Below, in pieces: positions 19,652 through 29,742 of a DNA stretch of 64,000 nt. Position 1 is the stretch's first letter, and each line of letters begins with the position of its first letter. A program made the translations under genes and the position numbers. Source of the DNA: a virus. Under the pieces are notes generated by a model that ran no database searches, had not been told where the DNA came from, and saw nothing but the letters and a program-made list of their open reading frames with translations. The DNA lies in IMG/VR virus record IMGVR_UViG_3300019487_000026, positions 1 through 64,000 of that record; one strand, given 5' to 3'.

Positions 19652-19993
19652 TTAATTGTCGAGGCAGCGAATGTCAATGAAGTGTGGCTCTAAGCGAACG
19701 ATCAGGGCCCAGGACCGACCCCTCGTATCGTTGAGCTCGAACCAATAGTATTCGGTGTACGTTGGACGCTCCCCTCCACCATCGATTCGGCCGGGGTGGC
19801 CCACAGCCTCTATAATGGTATTGATAATACGTTGAACAAACGAGTGATGCGAACAAATACGAACGTGAAATGACGGAATCCCCTCGTAAACACCTTCGAT
19901 TGGAAATCGTGAAGGAAGTATTGGCCGCAGATGATCGCGAAGAAGCTCCAAGAGATTGTGATCGTTGAAAAACTCTATTGTTTGCGTTGCCAT
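19652..19993 (-). CDS. Hypothetical protein
   Basis: ORF overlapping the end of DHFR. Confidence 0.6.
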   Translation of the reverse strand: MATQTIEFFNDHNLLELLRDHLRPILPSRFPIEGVYEGIPSFHVRICSHHSFVQRIINTIIEAVGHPGRIDGGGERPTYTEYYWFELNDTRGRSWALIVRLEPHFIDIRCLDN

Positions 19994-20652
19994 ACTGTAA
20001 ACCGTAAGTCGTTCGTTGTATTCACCTTGAACATTTGCATGACATCAAAATGTTTCATCAGATACTCAACGGGAAAGAATTTATCGCATTCAAAATTATC
20101 ATTCACAATCGTCAACAGGACGAGAGATGCCATACTAATGCCTTCAAGAAACAATTTTTCTCCACCAATAATGAACTGTGGACGATCGTCATCATTTGGA
20201 AGATGCGTCTCTACGTCGTAAATTGACTTGACCACCGTGGCATTTGCGATATCTTTTAGCGTGTCGCTGACAACAAAGCACGTCCGTCCTGGAAGGACCT
20301 GATCGTCATACCGGCCCATCGTTGTTTGATTACCGTGAACAACATGAACCTTTGGTTTCAGCTGGCGAGCATTGATATCTTCGTATGTTTTCCGTCCCAT
20401 AATACAGATTTGCCCTTCTGTGCGGGTGCGAAACCAGCGAAAGTCCTCCGGATGGTGCCAAGGAATTTTGCCGTCTTTTGAAAACCCACGATTAGCATCA
20501 ACGGCAGCAATCACAATCGTTTCGCGACGACGCGGCGGAGTTTTATCCAACTCAGCTTGGAGGATACCTGATCCTGTTCGTTGTTTTGCATTACGAATCT
20601 GTTGGTCGTGTTCTGCTTTTATTTGGCGAAAGATTTCATCTTCAATAGACAT
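19975..20652 (-). CDS. folA: Dihydrofolate reductase
   Basis: IAAVD..G.IPWH.PED..F, IMGRKTY, LPGR, IIGG, CDKFFP. Confidence 0.92.
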   Translation of the reverse strand: MSIEDEIFRQIKAEHDQQIRNAKQRTGSGILQAELDKTPPRRRETIVIAAVDANRGFSKDGKIPWHHPEDFRWFRTRTEGQICIMGRKTYEDINARQLKPKVHVVHGNQTTMGRYDDQVLPGRTCFVVSDTLKDIANATVVKSIYDVETHLPNDDDRPQFIIGGEKLFLEGISMASLVLLTIVNDNFECDKFFPVEYLMKHFDVMQMFKVNTTNDLRFTVWQRKQ

Positions 20653-22583
20653 TATAGCATCGCCTTCAATTGGTCCACCGAGATGACTTTCACGCCCAGT
20701 TCCTTGGCTTTGGTGATTTTGGTTGAGCCACTTTCGGGACTATCGGCAACAAGAATCGTTGTTTTGCTGCTCACAGCACTTCCCATCTTTCCGCCTTGTG
20801 CTTCGACCATTTCCTCAAGCTCCTTCGAACGAAATCCCGTAAACACAATCGTTTGGCCAGACATTCCACCCGTCTTCGGTTCTTCGTACTTAGCAAATTT
20901 TACGTATGGATTGATCTTCATGAGGAATGCCGTAACGGCAGGCATTCCATTGACAATCTTTGTCGCCGTTTTATGCTCGAAGCCATCAACCGTGAGGATA
21001 TCGACAATGTTCTCACATCGAGTCATCTTACCTTCAAACGCCTCAAATAGCTTCTTCATCTTGCGAACGCCAATCCCTCGTCCAAGCGCCGAGTGTGCAC
21101 CCATCAGGACATACAGAGGAATGTTGGTCAACTTTGCACGGAGACCATCAAACACCTTTTTGCCGATCGCTTTACCGAGCATTGAGCACATTTCGGCTTC
21201 GGTCAGCGTGATGACACTTTCGGGCGTGGTGAAACCTTTGTCAAACAGCGTCTGCAGATTCCCTTCCTTGAGGGCTGGCACGTCAATCGACGTGAAGAAA
21301 TCTTTGAGCTGTTCGAGTTGAACCGTTGGGTTAGTTTTGAGGTCCTTGACGATAAGATCAACACCTGTGTCTGTCCAGTTTCCGTCGGGAAGGACAACAT
21401 TCTTGATCGGTTTGACAACCCCAACAATAAACGGAATTACATCTCCGCTGCGAGTGATCTTGATTTTAGCACCAGGTCCAATTCCATTGTCTTTGATGAA
21501 TTTGGCATTGAAGCCAGTCGCAAATTGAACAGACACACCAACGAGTTCGACGGTTTCAACATTGACACGAGGTTTGAGATAGCCGTCCTTCGATACATTC
21601 CACTCAACGCCCTTCACAGTTGTGATGGCGAGATTCGAGGCATCAGCAATCTTGTATTTGCGAGCGTATTCCGGATTCAGCGTGTCGCGTGAAGGCGTAA
21701 TTTTCTTGCGAAGGTCCGCTTTGTTAACCTCGAGTACCAACCCGTCGATCTCATACACCCCCTCGGCGCGCCTGGTGTTCAATTGGTCAGTAAGAGTGTT
21801 ATCGTTAAGCTCCTTGCCAAGATACGTTGACCAGCCAGGCACGAGAAAACCATGCTTGATAACAAGCTCGTCCAGCTGATTGGACTTGCCTTCATGATCA
21901 GCACCATTGAGAATTTCGTAGGCAACGAAATCGAGATATTGATAGACAGCTTCAATATTCTTTTCGGCGTTCATAAGGCCAGCCGTCATGTTACGAGCAT
22001 TCTTGTATGCTTGACCGCTTCGGGACTTGACAAGCTCTTGAGCGGCTGGAAAGTTGGCTTTTTTCATCAGAATTTCGCCACGAACTCGGAGATTCGGATT
22101 GCGAACCTGTTGAGGAACAGTCGGAATGCGTCGAATGTGCCGAGTAATGTCGGCGCCCTGAATACCATCGCCGCGAGAAAAGGCAATCTGCAGCTTACCG
22201 TTGCCATCATAAACAATTTGGGCGCTGGTACCATCGAGCTTTTCACCGACAACGATATGTTCTTTCTCGAGATTATACTGTTTCACCCACTTCTCCGTAT
22301 CACCTTCGTAGGCTTGGGTGAGGGAGCCCATTTTGTGGGGTAGGTTGATTTTTCCGCCACGAACTTCACTTCCCACACCGAGGAAGTACACGTGATCTGG
22401 ACTGGTGGTTTGGGCGTATCTACGGATCGTATCGTACTGTTCGTCGCTGAGAAAACTCTCGGTCCCGTTATGGTATAACCCATCGGCCACCTGAAGAATT
22501 TGGATAATCTCGTCAAGAGATAGGGATTCCTCACCAAACAGAAGGTAATCTTGGGCGAGTTGTTGAACGGTACGTTTGGTCAT
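20652..22583 (-). CDS. ligA: NAD-dependent DNA ligase
   Basis: Y..SDEQYD, MGSL, EKLDG, RGDG..G.DIT, RGE, IDGLV, RSGDVIP, C-terminal BRCT; GGAG SD before MTKR. Confidence 0.95.
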   Translation of the reverse strand: MTKRTVQQLAQDYLLFGEESLSLDEIIQILQVADGLYHNGTESFLSDEQYDTIRRYAQTTSPDHVYFLGVGSEVRGGKINLPHKMGSLTQAYEGDTEKWVKQYNLEKEHIVVGEKLDGTSAQIVYDGNGKLQIAFSRGDGIQGADITRHIRRIPTVPQQVRNPNLRVRGEILMKKANFPAAQELVKSRSGQAYKNARNMTAGLMNAEKNIEAVYQYLDFVAYEILNGADHEGKSNQLDELVIKHGFLVPGWSTYLGKELNDNTLTDQLNTRRAEGVYEIDGLVLEVNKADLRKKITPSRDTLNPEYARKYKIADASNLAITTVKGVEWNVSKDGYLKPRVNVETVELVGVSVQFATGFNAKFIKDNGIGPGAKIKITRSGDVIPFIVGVVKPIKNVVLPDGNWTDTGVDLIVKDLKTNPTVQLEQLKDFFTSIDVPALKEGNLQTLFDKGFTTPESVITLTEAEMCSMLGKAIGKKVFDGLRAKLTNIPLYVLMGAHSALGRGIGVRKMKKLFEAFEGKMTRCENIVDILTVDGFEHKTATKIVNGMPAVTAFLMKINPYVKFAKYEEPKTGGMSGQTIVFTGFRSKELEEMVEAQGGKMGSAVSSKTTILVADSPESGSTKITKAKELGVKVISVDQLKAML

Positions 22584-22644
22584 GTGAACACTCCAGGAAT
22601 CAGTAAAGTGCACCTTACACCATTAGGGTTTTCCTGTCAACGCC

Positions 22645-24387
22645 TCATACAGCAACATCCATTTGAATTGCTGGATGGCTCTCGTACTCCTCAACTATGA
22701 AGTCCTCATACTTGAAGTCGTCAATGTTTCCAATCTTGCGAGCAAATTTGAATGTGGGTGACAAAAACATGTTCCGTTTTACTTGTTCTTGTAGCTTTTC
22801 TTTGTGATTGATGTAGATGTGAACATCAGCACCATTCCAGATCAATTCGCCCGGTGCCATGTTGACAACTTCGGCAAACATTCGAAGGAGAAAACTATAC
22901 TGAACAATATTGAACGGCACACCAAGTCCAACATCACAAGAGCGTTGGTTGACCAGGACAGAAAGACCATATTTGGGAGCGTTGAGGTCTTCAAGCAACT
23001 CATGCGGGTCTTTTTGCACCTGGGTTGCTTCAAGGGCGTCGAGAACGCCATAGCGTTTTGTTACAGCCAAGAAACGTTCTTGATCTGTTAGAGGTCTCGT
23101 GTAGAATTGAAACGCGTAATGGCACGGAGGCAGTTTCATCTGTGGAAGATCAGCGACGTTCCAAGCTGAGATGATTAGGCGACGGTCGGTTGGATTGTGC
23201 TTCAGTTTGTCTACGACTTGGGCAATTTGGTCAGTAAAAAGTTGTTGACGAAACACGCACCCGGGCTTTGGTTCAACTTTTTCAAACACCCACTTTCGTG
23301 TTTGTTGTTTAGGTGAATGGAGTAGGGCTGTTGATATTGCTTGGCTGTGTTTAATCCCTTGTTGCCTCGCAAACCAACGCTGAACTGTGAATTCATATTT
23401 CTTCCCTGTTGGTTTGTGTGTAGCAATATATTTGCTTCCATCAAGCTTAGGAAGCACCTGATTGTATTTGGAGGGAAGAAAGACACACGTATTCTTAGAG
23501 TATGAAGACGCACCAAAATAATCTTTATCAAGATCGTATTGAGAAGGATGCGTTGTCCATTGTGTGAAGTAAACGAGATCGTGGATATCACGCAGAAAGT
23601 TTGCAAAGCATCGCCACTGCTGATCAACAAACACGCCTTGTCCACCATACAGGTAATATTCAGGAATAGATGTGTCGTAGCATCGACGCATCATATTATA
23701 CCAAAGATTATACGCAGTGTTATAATAAGATGGCCGTTCTTTATATTCACCTATACATCCCTGTCCAAACACTGTAATGTTATACGGGTCAGCAACCTGA
23801 CCACGTCGTAGGTTTGAACGAAATGCTTCGACAAGAGAAGTTGTATTTTCAAATTGAACAAGGTATCGACTGTTCTTATTACCTTGTTGGGAAATTTTGC
23901 GAATGACAGTGAACCAATCACCTCTATTGTTTTGAAGTTTTTGACCTGTAAGGCCGTCCTCGTCAGTTGGTTCAAGAAGTTCGTTCGTTGGAGCAGTGAA
24001 CGGAGCATCAACACCACCAGAACGTATTGAAATTTCAACGACATTATTCATCCAATCAACTGTCTCCCATTTACGCCATTGAAAACCATAAATTTTATTT
24101 AAGTGCCCTTCGGTCGCGGCCCATTCATCCCAGATCGACACCCCATTATCTTGCAGATACTTGATATTGCTGCTGCCAGACATCATCCACAGGAGCTCAT
24201 GGATGATTGATTTTGTATGGACCTTTTTCGTTGTCAAAATCGGAATCGTGTTATCGCTCAAATCAAAACGCATCTGATAACCAAACACACCAATCGTATC
24301 AATACCGGTTCGATTTGGCTTCTGGACTCCGTTGGATAGAACATGATTGACACATTCTATGTATTTGATGTCATGAAATGCGGTCAT
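22645..24387 (-). CDS. thyA: Thymidylate synthase with an in-frame endonuclease-like insertion
   Basis: RTG.DT, PILTTKKV, ELLW, YGFQWR, RRLIISAWN, LPPCH, QRSCD..LGVPFN, HIYINH. Confidence 0.93.
   Translation of the reverse strand: MTAFHDIKYIECVNHVLSNGVQKPNRTGIDTIGVFGYQMRFDLSDNTIPILTTKKVHTKSIIHELLWMMSGSSNIKYLQDNGVSIWDEWAATEGHLNKIYGFQWRKWETVDWMNNVVEISIRSGGVDAPFTAPTNELLEPTDEDGLTGQKLQNNRGDWFTVIRKISQQGNKNSRYLVQFENTTSLVEAFRSNLRRGQVADPYNITVFGQGCIGEYKERPSYYNTAYNLWYNMMRRCYDTSIPEYYLYGGQGVFVDQQWRCFANFLRDIHDLVYFTQWTTHPSQYDLDKDYFGASSYSKNTCVFLPSKYNQVLPKLDGSKYIATHKPTGKKYEFTVQRWFARQQGIKHSQAISTALLHSPKQQTRKWVFEKVEPKPGCVFRQQLFTDQIAQVVDKLKHNPTDRRLIISAWNVADLPQMKLPPCHYAFQFYTRPLTDQERFLAVTKRYGVLDALEATQVQKDPHELLEDLNAPKYGLSVLVNQRSCDVGLGVPFNIVQYSFLLRMFAEVVNMAPGELIWNGADVHIYINHKEKLQEQVKRNMFLSPTFKFARKIGNIDDFKYEDFIVEEYESHPAIQMDVAV
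23236..24066 (-). mobile_element. In-frame HNH-like homing endonuclease domain inside thyA (no intein motifs)
   Basis: W.NMMRRCY..YGGQGV.V..W..F.NF..DLDKD..YS..TC.F; separates QWRKW from DQI. Confidence 0.75.
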
Positions 24388-24572
24388 TCTTCACCTGTGC
24401 TTGGTTGGACAATGAAAAGTACTCGCTCGGGAACCCACTTATGCCACAGTCCGTCCTTGTCGTTTTGAGGAGTGATCTCTACTAACATTTCCTCTTTCTT
24501 TGACTCTAAAGTCCGCTTTGCGGTGCGACCCGTCTTTCGCACTTCGACGTTTTCGTACACATAGGTAGTCAT
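24384..24572 (-). CDS. Small hypothetical protein
   Basis: ATGA overlaps on both sides. Confidence 0.7.
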   Translation of the reverse strand: MTTYVYENVEVRKTGRTAKRTLESKKEEMLVEITPQNDKDGLWHKWVPERVLFIVQPSTGEE

Positions 24573-25447
24573 ATGACTTTAATTCCCTGTGCTGCATAGC
24601 CAATTGTTGCTTCTTCAAGCACATCATTTTCGGGTGCTTGAAGATGTTTTTCGATGAACGTTCTGTCCTGTGTAAAGATCGGAATGTTGTCATCAGCCAT
24701 AGCACGTGAACCGGACGAAAACATATTCCATTTAGGATCATTGTATACACACGATCCTCGTTTTTTCCATACATCAATATCATTCCAGTTGATGCCCTTT
24801 TGCAACATCAGCATGTCCTGGACTTCACTATTGTTTTTCCCATGCATCTCTTTCTGAGAGAAGAAAAAACGACCCAGCATTTGGACGCTGTTGCGTGATG
24901 CGTCTTGTTGTCGCCAGATGAAGTAATTTACGACTTCCTCTTTGGGGACGTTGTACACACGAGCATCAAACTGAGCATAGTCGCCCCAGTAGTCGAAGCT
25001 GACGATAGCTCTGTTCTGAAATTTTGAATTAAAAGCAACAGTAGCAATACTTGCAGAGATTGAAACAATTTTCTGCACATTTCCACCGAACCACTGTTGT
25101 GTTTCGTGCTTATCCCAATCACGCAACAGTAGAGAGATTTCATCGGATTGTGTGTAAGCAAGCACACAATTCTGAATGTTGTTGAGAAGGACGGCTGCTG
25201 TGTCAACCATCGAGTTGTGCATGATTTCGCTGAACGGACTTTGTTGTAGGCTGGTATCAACAACAAAACGGTCGGCAATCCCCATCAAAGCAGCAGTCTT
25301 TTCCTCATAGGGAACTAAACGCTTGGTAAACGTGTGGAATGCCCGTCCGTCAATACGGATGATCACAGGCGTTCGACGCAAAAGTGCGCCTTGGGTTGTG
25401 GCTTCGTACTCTTTCATACGATCGCCGAGAGTGGTTTTGTCTGTCAT
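24569..25447 (-). CDS. tRNA(His) guanylyltransferase (Thg1-like)
   Basis: RMK.YE, RIDGRAFH, YTQSDEIS, FDAR, WRQ.D..RN; AGGAGG SD. Confidence 0.93.
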   Translation of the reverse strand: MTDKTTLGDRMKEYEATTQGALLRRTPVIIRIDGRAFHTFTKRLVPYEEKTAALMGIADRFVVDTSLQQSPFSEIMHNSMVDTAAVLLNNIQNCVLAYTQSDEISLLLRDWDKHETQQWFGGNVQKIVSISASIATVAFNSKFQNRAIVSFDYWGDYAQFDARVYNVPKEEVVNYFIWRQQDASRNSVQMLGRFFFSQKEMHGKNNSEVQDMLMLQKGINWNDIDVWKKRGSCVYNDPKWNMFSSGSRAMADDNIPIFTQDRTFIEKHLQAPENDVLEEATIGYAAQGIKVI

Positions 25448-25558
25448 GGGTTTACCTCCTTCGAGATAGACAAAACATTCTCACATGGAACGGGTTGGTT
25501 GTCAAGGGGAAACCCAGTTGGACCCTCAAAGGCATAAATATCGCAGGAGGAAAACACT

Positions 25559-25912
25559 ATGAGCGACTATGATCCAGAGCATGATTTCGATCGACGAAGC
25601 GATGTAGAAAGCCGTCTTGACGCTCTTGAAATCGCTCGGGCAACCCAAAATCTTCAGCTGAAACAGACGACTGAGGAGCTCAGTACGGGTAAAGTCAAGT
25701 TCCAGACAATTGTTGATGCTCTCCACGATCAGCGAATTGAAATTGAACTACTCAAAACAATGCGAGAAGACATTGTTCAGATCAAAGAATGCGTTACGAA
25801 ACTGAAGACCGCCGAACTTGAACGGAGAGGTGTGTGGAAGGTTGTTGCTGTTGTTTCAGCTGTAATCACCTTCATCGTTCAGGGCTTGATTATGTACTTT
25901 ACGTCGAAGTAA
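25559..25912 (+). CDS. Coiled-coil protein with a C-terminal TM helix (holin-like)
   Basis: AGGAGG SD; hydrophobic C-terminus; late motif upstream. Confidence 0.65.
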   Translation: MSDYDPEHDFDRRSDVESRLDALEIARATQNLQLKQTTEELSTGKVKFQTIVDALHDQRIEIELLKTMREDIVQIKECVTKLKTAELERRGVWKVVAVVSAVITFIVQGLIMYFTSK

Positions 25913-26672
25913 TCTCTTCACACGCTACGATCCAATTCTTAACAAAATCGCTTCGAACGATGTCGTGATGTGTGAAGTGAATCACACTGAATTCTGGCAT
26001 GCGTGAAACTACCTTGATATAATCTTCCATTCCGCTTGTATCGAGTTTGCTTTTTCGAAGATCTGTCTGTGGCAAGTCGCCTACAAAGATCATTCGAGAG
26101 TGAACACCCAACCGCGTCATAATTGAATTGATTTCGTGGAAGTTCATGTTCTGACCTTCGTCGACGATCACAATAGAGTGATCCCAAGTCAAACCACGAA
26201 TGAAGGATGTCGTACAGAACACGACTCGTCCACCTGCCTTCATATCCTCGTAGGACGATTGACGGCCTAGAAAATCCGCAAACATCTCTTGGTACGGAAG
26301 CTCATATAACATGGACTTTTCTTCAAGTGTACCGGGTAGGAAGCCTTGATCTCGTGTCGGAACAGCTGATCGAACAATGATGATTTGATCGATTGGGCTA
26401 TCCTCACGGAGGAGTTCGTTTAGGGCCAGATAGATGGCGATGTAGGTCTTACCGGTTCCAGCAGAGCCGTGGGCACAAATGTGTTTGCCGGCGAGAAAAT
26501 CGTGAAAGAATTCGTTTTGTGTAGGTGTTAGTGGTTTAATGTGTCTCAAATCGTGCTTACTCCATTTCTTGCGATGAGGTCCATCTTCTATAGCTTTTCC
26601 ATTAAGAATAAGTGCGCGGGACAATTCCGCGATCCGTTCATTCCGGACGGATTTTCGGCTTCTTTTGGACAT
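25899..26672 (-). CDS. phoH: PhoH-like ATPase
   Basis: G.AGTGKT, GFLPG..EK, RG.T, DE.QN, TRLG, GD..Q.D, DIVRS; GGAGG SD. Confidence 0.93.
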   Translation of the reverse strand: MSKRSRKSVRNERIAELSRALILNGKAIEDGPHRKKWSKHDLRHIKPLTPTQNEFFHDFLAGKHICAHGSAGTGKTYIAIYLALNELLREDSPIDQIIIVRSAVPTRDQGFLPGTLEEKSMLYELPYQEMFADFLGRQSSYEDMKAGGRVVFCTTSFIRGLTWDHSIVIVDEGQNMNFHEINSIMTRLGVHSRMIFVGDLPQTDLRKSKLDTSGMEDYIKVVSRMPEFSVIHFTHHDIVRSDFVKNWIVACEEITST

Positions 26673-26812
26673 AGTGAGCCTCCTTGGTAAGAAAGATACG
26701 GCGGGTTTACAGCAGGATGGAACTGCAGAAAAAACTTTGAACAAGTGCAATCAGTCATGTTTGTATTTATAATTCGCAGGGAAAAAGTCCCCTTTCCCTT
26801 TGTAAACAATGC

Positions 26813-27112
26813 TCACTTGTTCCAGTTGTCTTTTGCTCCCAAGGAATAAATATTACCAAAGCCAAGCTGAACAGCATAGTTCAGTGCAGCTCGTAAGTCT
26901 TCGTCGTCGTTTGTGTCGGCGAAAAAAATCAGTTGTGTGTTTTTGGGATGTTTTAGGAGAGACGAAATTTGTCGGAGCGAGATATTGATCGCACCCGGCA
27001 ACGTGCCATCTCGAAACGAGGTCGGTGGACGAACGTCAATAAGAAGCCCACCTTTCTTTTCGATGAGCTTCTTTGCCTTCATTCCATTAATTTTTTGTCC
27101 AACAAACATCAA
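26813..27112 (-). CDS. Rhodanese-like domain protein (no catalytic Cys)
   Basis: LIDVRP..F..G.LPGAINI; GF.NIYSL. Confidence 0.8.
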   Translation of the reverse strand: MMFVGQKINGMKAKKLIEKKGGLLIDVRPPTSFRDGTLPGAINISLRQISSLLKHPKNTQLIFFADTNDDEDLRAALNYAVQLGFGNIYSLGAKDNWNK

Positions 27113-27750
27113 TAGTCCAAATTGTCATGGGGAAAATCGGTCCCCCCAAATGCATAGCTTTCTTCAACCTTTGCTCTAGCATCACCACCCTCTAGGATTT
27201 TTCTTTCGGCATCAACATTTCGGTCAATTGTAGCTGTCGCATTGAATTGACGACCTTTGTTGCGAGCACGAAGCTTTGCTTGATTTGTTTCTAGGATTTG
27301 TTCCCACGATACACCAAGCGTATCGACCATGATAGCTTGATACCAGGCGAGATCACCAAGTTCTTCTTGGAGATTGACTGGGTCCATTTGGGGCCATGAC
27401 TGTAGTTGTTTATGCATTACGTTAAGAAGCTCTGTGGCCTCTGTTGCGATGCCGATGATTGCGTGAAACAAGCGAGGATCAATAGGTTGCTTATAGTCTT
27501 CATTGCGGAGGGGCCGATATTCACCAGCACTGAGACGATTTGCATTTTCTGCGAGCAGCCCAACTTCATGATTCCATTTTTCAGGTGCAACAGGCTTTCC
27601 GTAGAAAACATTCTTTTTGACCATGTCAAGCAGATTTCCGGCGGAAATCATTGCTCCAAGAACTCGTGAGAGAATTACAGGATCGGCTTGAACTGCATCA
27701 ATGCGACTTTCGGTTTCAATCGCACCTTGAACGTATTCTTGTAGATTCAT
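27109..27750 (-). CDS. MazG-like nucleotide pyrophosphohydrolase
   Basis: HA.IG..TEA.EL, EELGDLAWY, N.AKL.AR. Confidence 0.8.
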   Translation of the reverse strand: MNLQEYVQGAIETESRIDAVQADPVILSRVLGAMISAGNLLDMVKKNVFYGKPVAPEKWNHEVGLLAENANRLSAGEYRPLRNEDYKQPIDPRLFHAIIGIATEATELLNVMHKQLQSWPQMDPVNLQEELGDLAWYQAIMVDTLGVSWEQILETNQAKLRARNKGRQFNATATIDRNVDAERKILEGGDARAKVEESYAFGGTDFPHDNLDY

Positions 27751-27823
27751 TTTTATTGTTCTCCTTGGTTGTTCAACATTATAAGTTGTTCAAGCAAGGT
27801 TCACAACTTGAGCCATTTATCTT

Positions 27824-27925
27824 TGGAGCGGATACCGAGAGTCGAACTCGGGACTGGACCTTATTATAAGCACTTTGTCAAATGCTCATAGGCAAGGTTC
27901 CGTTTTACCACTAAACTATATCCGC
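27824..27925 (-). tRNA. tRNA-Gly(GCC) interrupted by a 28-nt hairpin in the anticodon loop
   Basis: GCGGATA/TATCCGC-T-CCA acceptor, canonical D and T arms; insert at 27863-27890. Confidence 0.88.
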
Positions 27926-28013
27926 CTAGTATGTTTCGAAAGAGGTTTGCAGTATTTACGATCTAACGTATAATGTCAACGGGATACATAAATATGGGTC
28001 AAAAGGACCAAAC

Positions 28014-28766
28014 ATGCGGTATCGAACGATTTGGTTGAGCGACATACATCTCGGCACTCGCGGCTGCCAAACAGAACAGCTTCTCGATTTCCTGAAGAGC
28101 AACGAAAGCGAATACCTCTTCCTTGTTGGTGATATAATTGATTTCTGGTCGCTAAAAAGAGTCCCATACTGGCCAAGGTCGCACAATACAATTGTTCAAA
28201 AAATTCTCCGTAAAGCTCGCAATGGTACCTCGGTGATTTTCATTCCAGGCAACCACGATGAAATTCTTCGAAACTATTTGAATCACTCTTTCGGCGACAT
28301 TCGATTATTTGAAGAATACACACACGTGCTGGCTAATGGAATGAAGGTACATTGTTTGCACGGCGATATCTTTGATATCATCACAAAATATCATAAGTGG
28401 GTGGCCGTTCTTGGTGATGTTGCCTACGATTTTCTTTTGTGGCTAAATCGCAACTTTAATTGGTTCCGAAAAAAGCTCGGAATGGGCTACTGGTCGATTT
28501 CGGCCGCAATCAAACTTGCCGTCAAGCAAGCTGTGAGCTACATTAGTGATTTTGAAAACAGTGTGATTGAGTATGCAGAGATCAACAACGTTGAGGCGAT
28601 CCTGTGTGGTCATATTCATCACGCTGAAATCCGACAAAGTGGAAAAGTTTTATACATTAACACAGGCGACTGGGTCGAGAGTTGTACGGCAATTGTCGAA
28701 CACTTTGATGGTCGTTTAGAACTAATACGGTGGACAGATGAAGCAAAAGATATTGATAATAACTGA
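28014..28766 (+). CDS. LpxH/PlcP-like metallophosphoesterase
   Basis: YRTIWLSDIHLG..C, VGDIID.W, PGNHD, HGD.FD, CGHIH, NTGDWVES. Confidence 0.88.
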   Translation: MRYRTIWLSDIHLGTRGCQTEQLLDFLKSNESEYLFLVGDIIDFWSLKRVPYWPRSHNTIVQKILRKARNGTSVIFIPGNHDEILRNYLNHSFGDIRLFEEYTHVLANGMKVHCLHGDIFDIITKYHKWVAVLGDVAYDFLLWLNRNFNWFRKKLGMGYWSISAAIKLAVKQAVSYISDFENSVIEYAEINNVEAILCGHIHHAEIRQSGKVLYINTGDWVESCTAIVEHFDGRLELIRWTDEAKDIDNN

Positions 28767-29742
28767 TGCGTGGGAGCCACAGGTCAATGGTGTTGTTCGA
28801 ACACTAAAGACAACAGTTCAACATCTAATTGAAAAAGACTATGATGTTTTTGTGATTCATCCTCAGATGTTCTGTAGTGTTCCGCTGCCGGGCTATAACG
28901 AAATTCGTTTATCACTCTTTCCTCGTCGAAGAGTCGGGAAACTGATCAAAGAATTTTGTCCGGATTATATCCACATTTCAACGGAAGGTCCTCTTGGTTG
29001 GGCTGCACGCAACTATTGCGTGAAGCATAAACTCGGCTTCTCAACCGCATATCACACAATGTTTCCAGAGTACGTTAACATTCGGTGGGGCCTACCAGCA
29101 TCATGGGGCTACAGTGTTGTTCGTAAATTTCACAAGCCGGCGGGGCGAGTGATGGTTGCCACACAAGCATTGAAAGAACAACTTCAGCTTCATAGTTTCA
29201 AGAACTCATTTGGGGAGTGGACTCGGGGCGTCGATCATGAAATGTTCCACCCAAAACGTCGAACGGCGAGTGCTCGACCGTATGCTCTATATGTTGGTCG
29301 TGTGTCTCACGAAAAGAATCTCGAAGCATTTCTCTCGTTAGATCTTCCCGATCTCGACAAGATTGTTATTGGCAAGGGACCACATCTTGAAGCGTTGCGA
29401 GCGCGGTTTCCCAAGACGTTCTTTATTGGTGAGCGAAAAGGTGAGGAGCTTGCAACGTACTATGCGTCAGCAGAAGTATTTGTGTTTCCAAGCAAAACAG
29501 ACACGTTTGGTCTTGTTATGATTGAATCGCTTGCTTCCGGAACACCTGTAGCTGCTTATGATGTAGCTAATACGAGGGCAATTCTGTATAAAACAACTGG
29601 AGCATGCGAAGAGGATCTTGGCGTAGCGATTACCAATGCTCGAAAGCTATCCAGAAATATGTGTAGGCTTGCAGGAACTACGTTGACGTGGCAACGTGCA
29701 ACGGGGCAGTTTTTGGCGAACTTGGTTCCTGCCTATCCGTAA
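28738..29742 (+). CDS. GT4 glycosyltransferase (diacylglycerol glycosyltransferase, Agt-like)
   Basis: TDAW.PQVNGVVRTL, HI.TEGPLG, YHT.FPEY, VGRVS.EKN, FPSKTDTFGLV..E. Confidence 0.9.
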   Translation: MKQKILIITDAWEPQVNGVVRTLKTTVQHLIEKDYDVFVIHPQMFCSVPLPGYNEIRLSLFPRRRVGKLIKEFCPDYIHISTEGPLGWAARNYCVKHKLGFSTAYHTMFPEYVNIRWGLPASWGYSVVRKFHKPAGRVMVATQALKEQLQLHSFKNSFGEWTRGVDHEMFHPKRRTASARPYALYVGRVSHEKNLEAFLSLDLPDLDKIVIGKGPHLEALRARFPKTFFIGERKGEELATYYASAEVFVFPSKTDTFGLVMIESLASGTPVAAYDVANTRAILYKTTGACEEDLGVAITNARKLSRNMCRLAGTTLTWQRATGQFLANLVPAYP

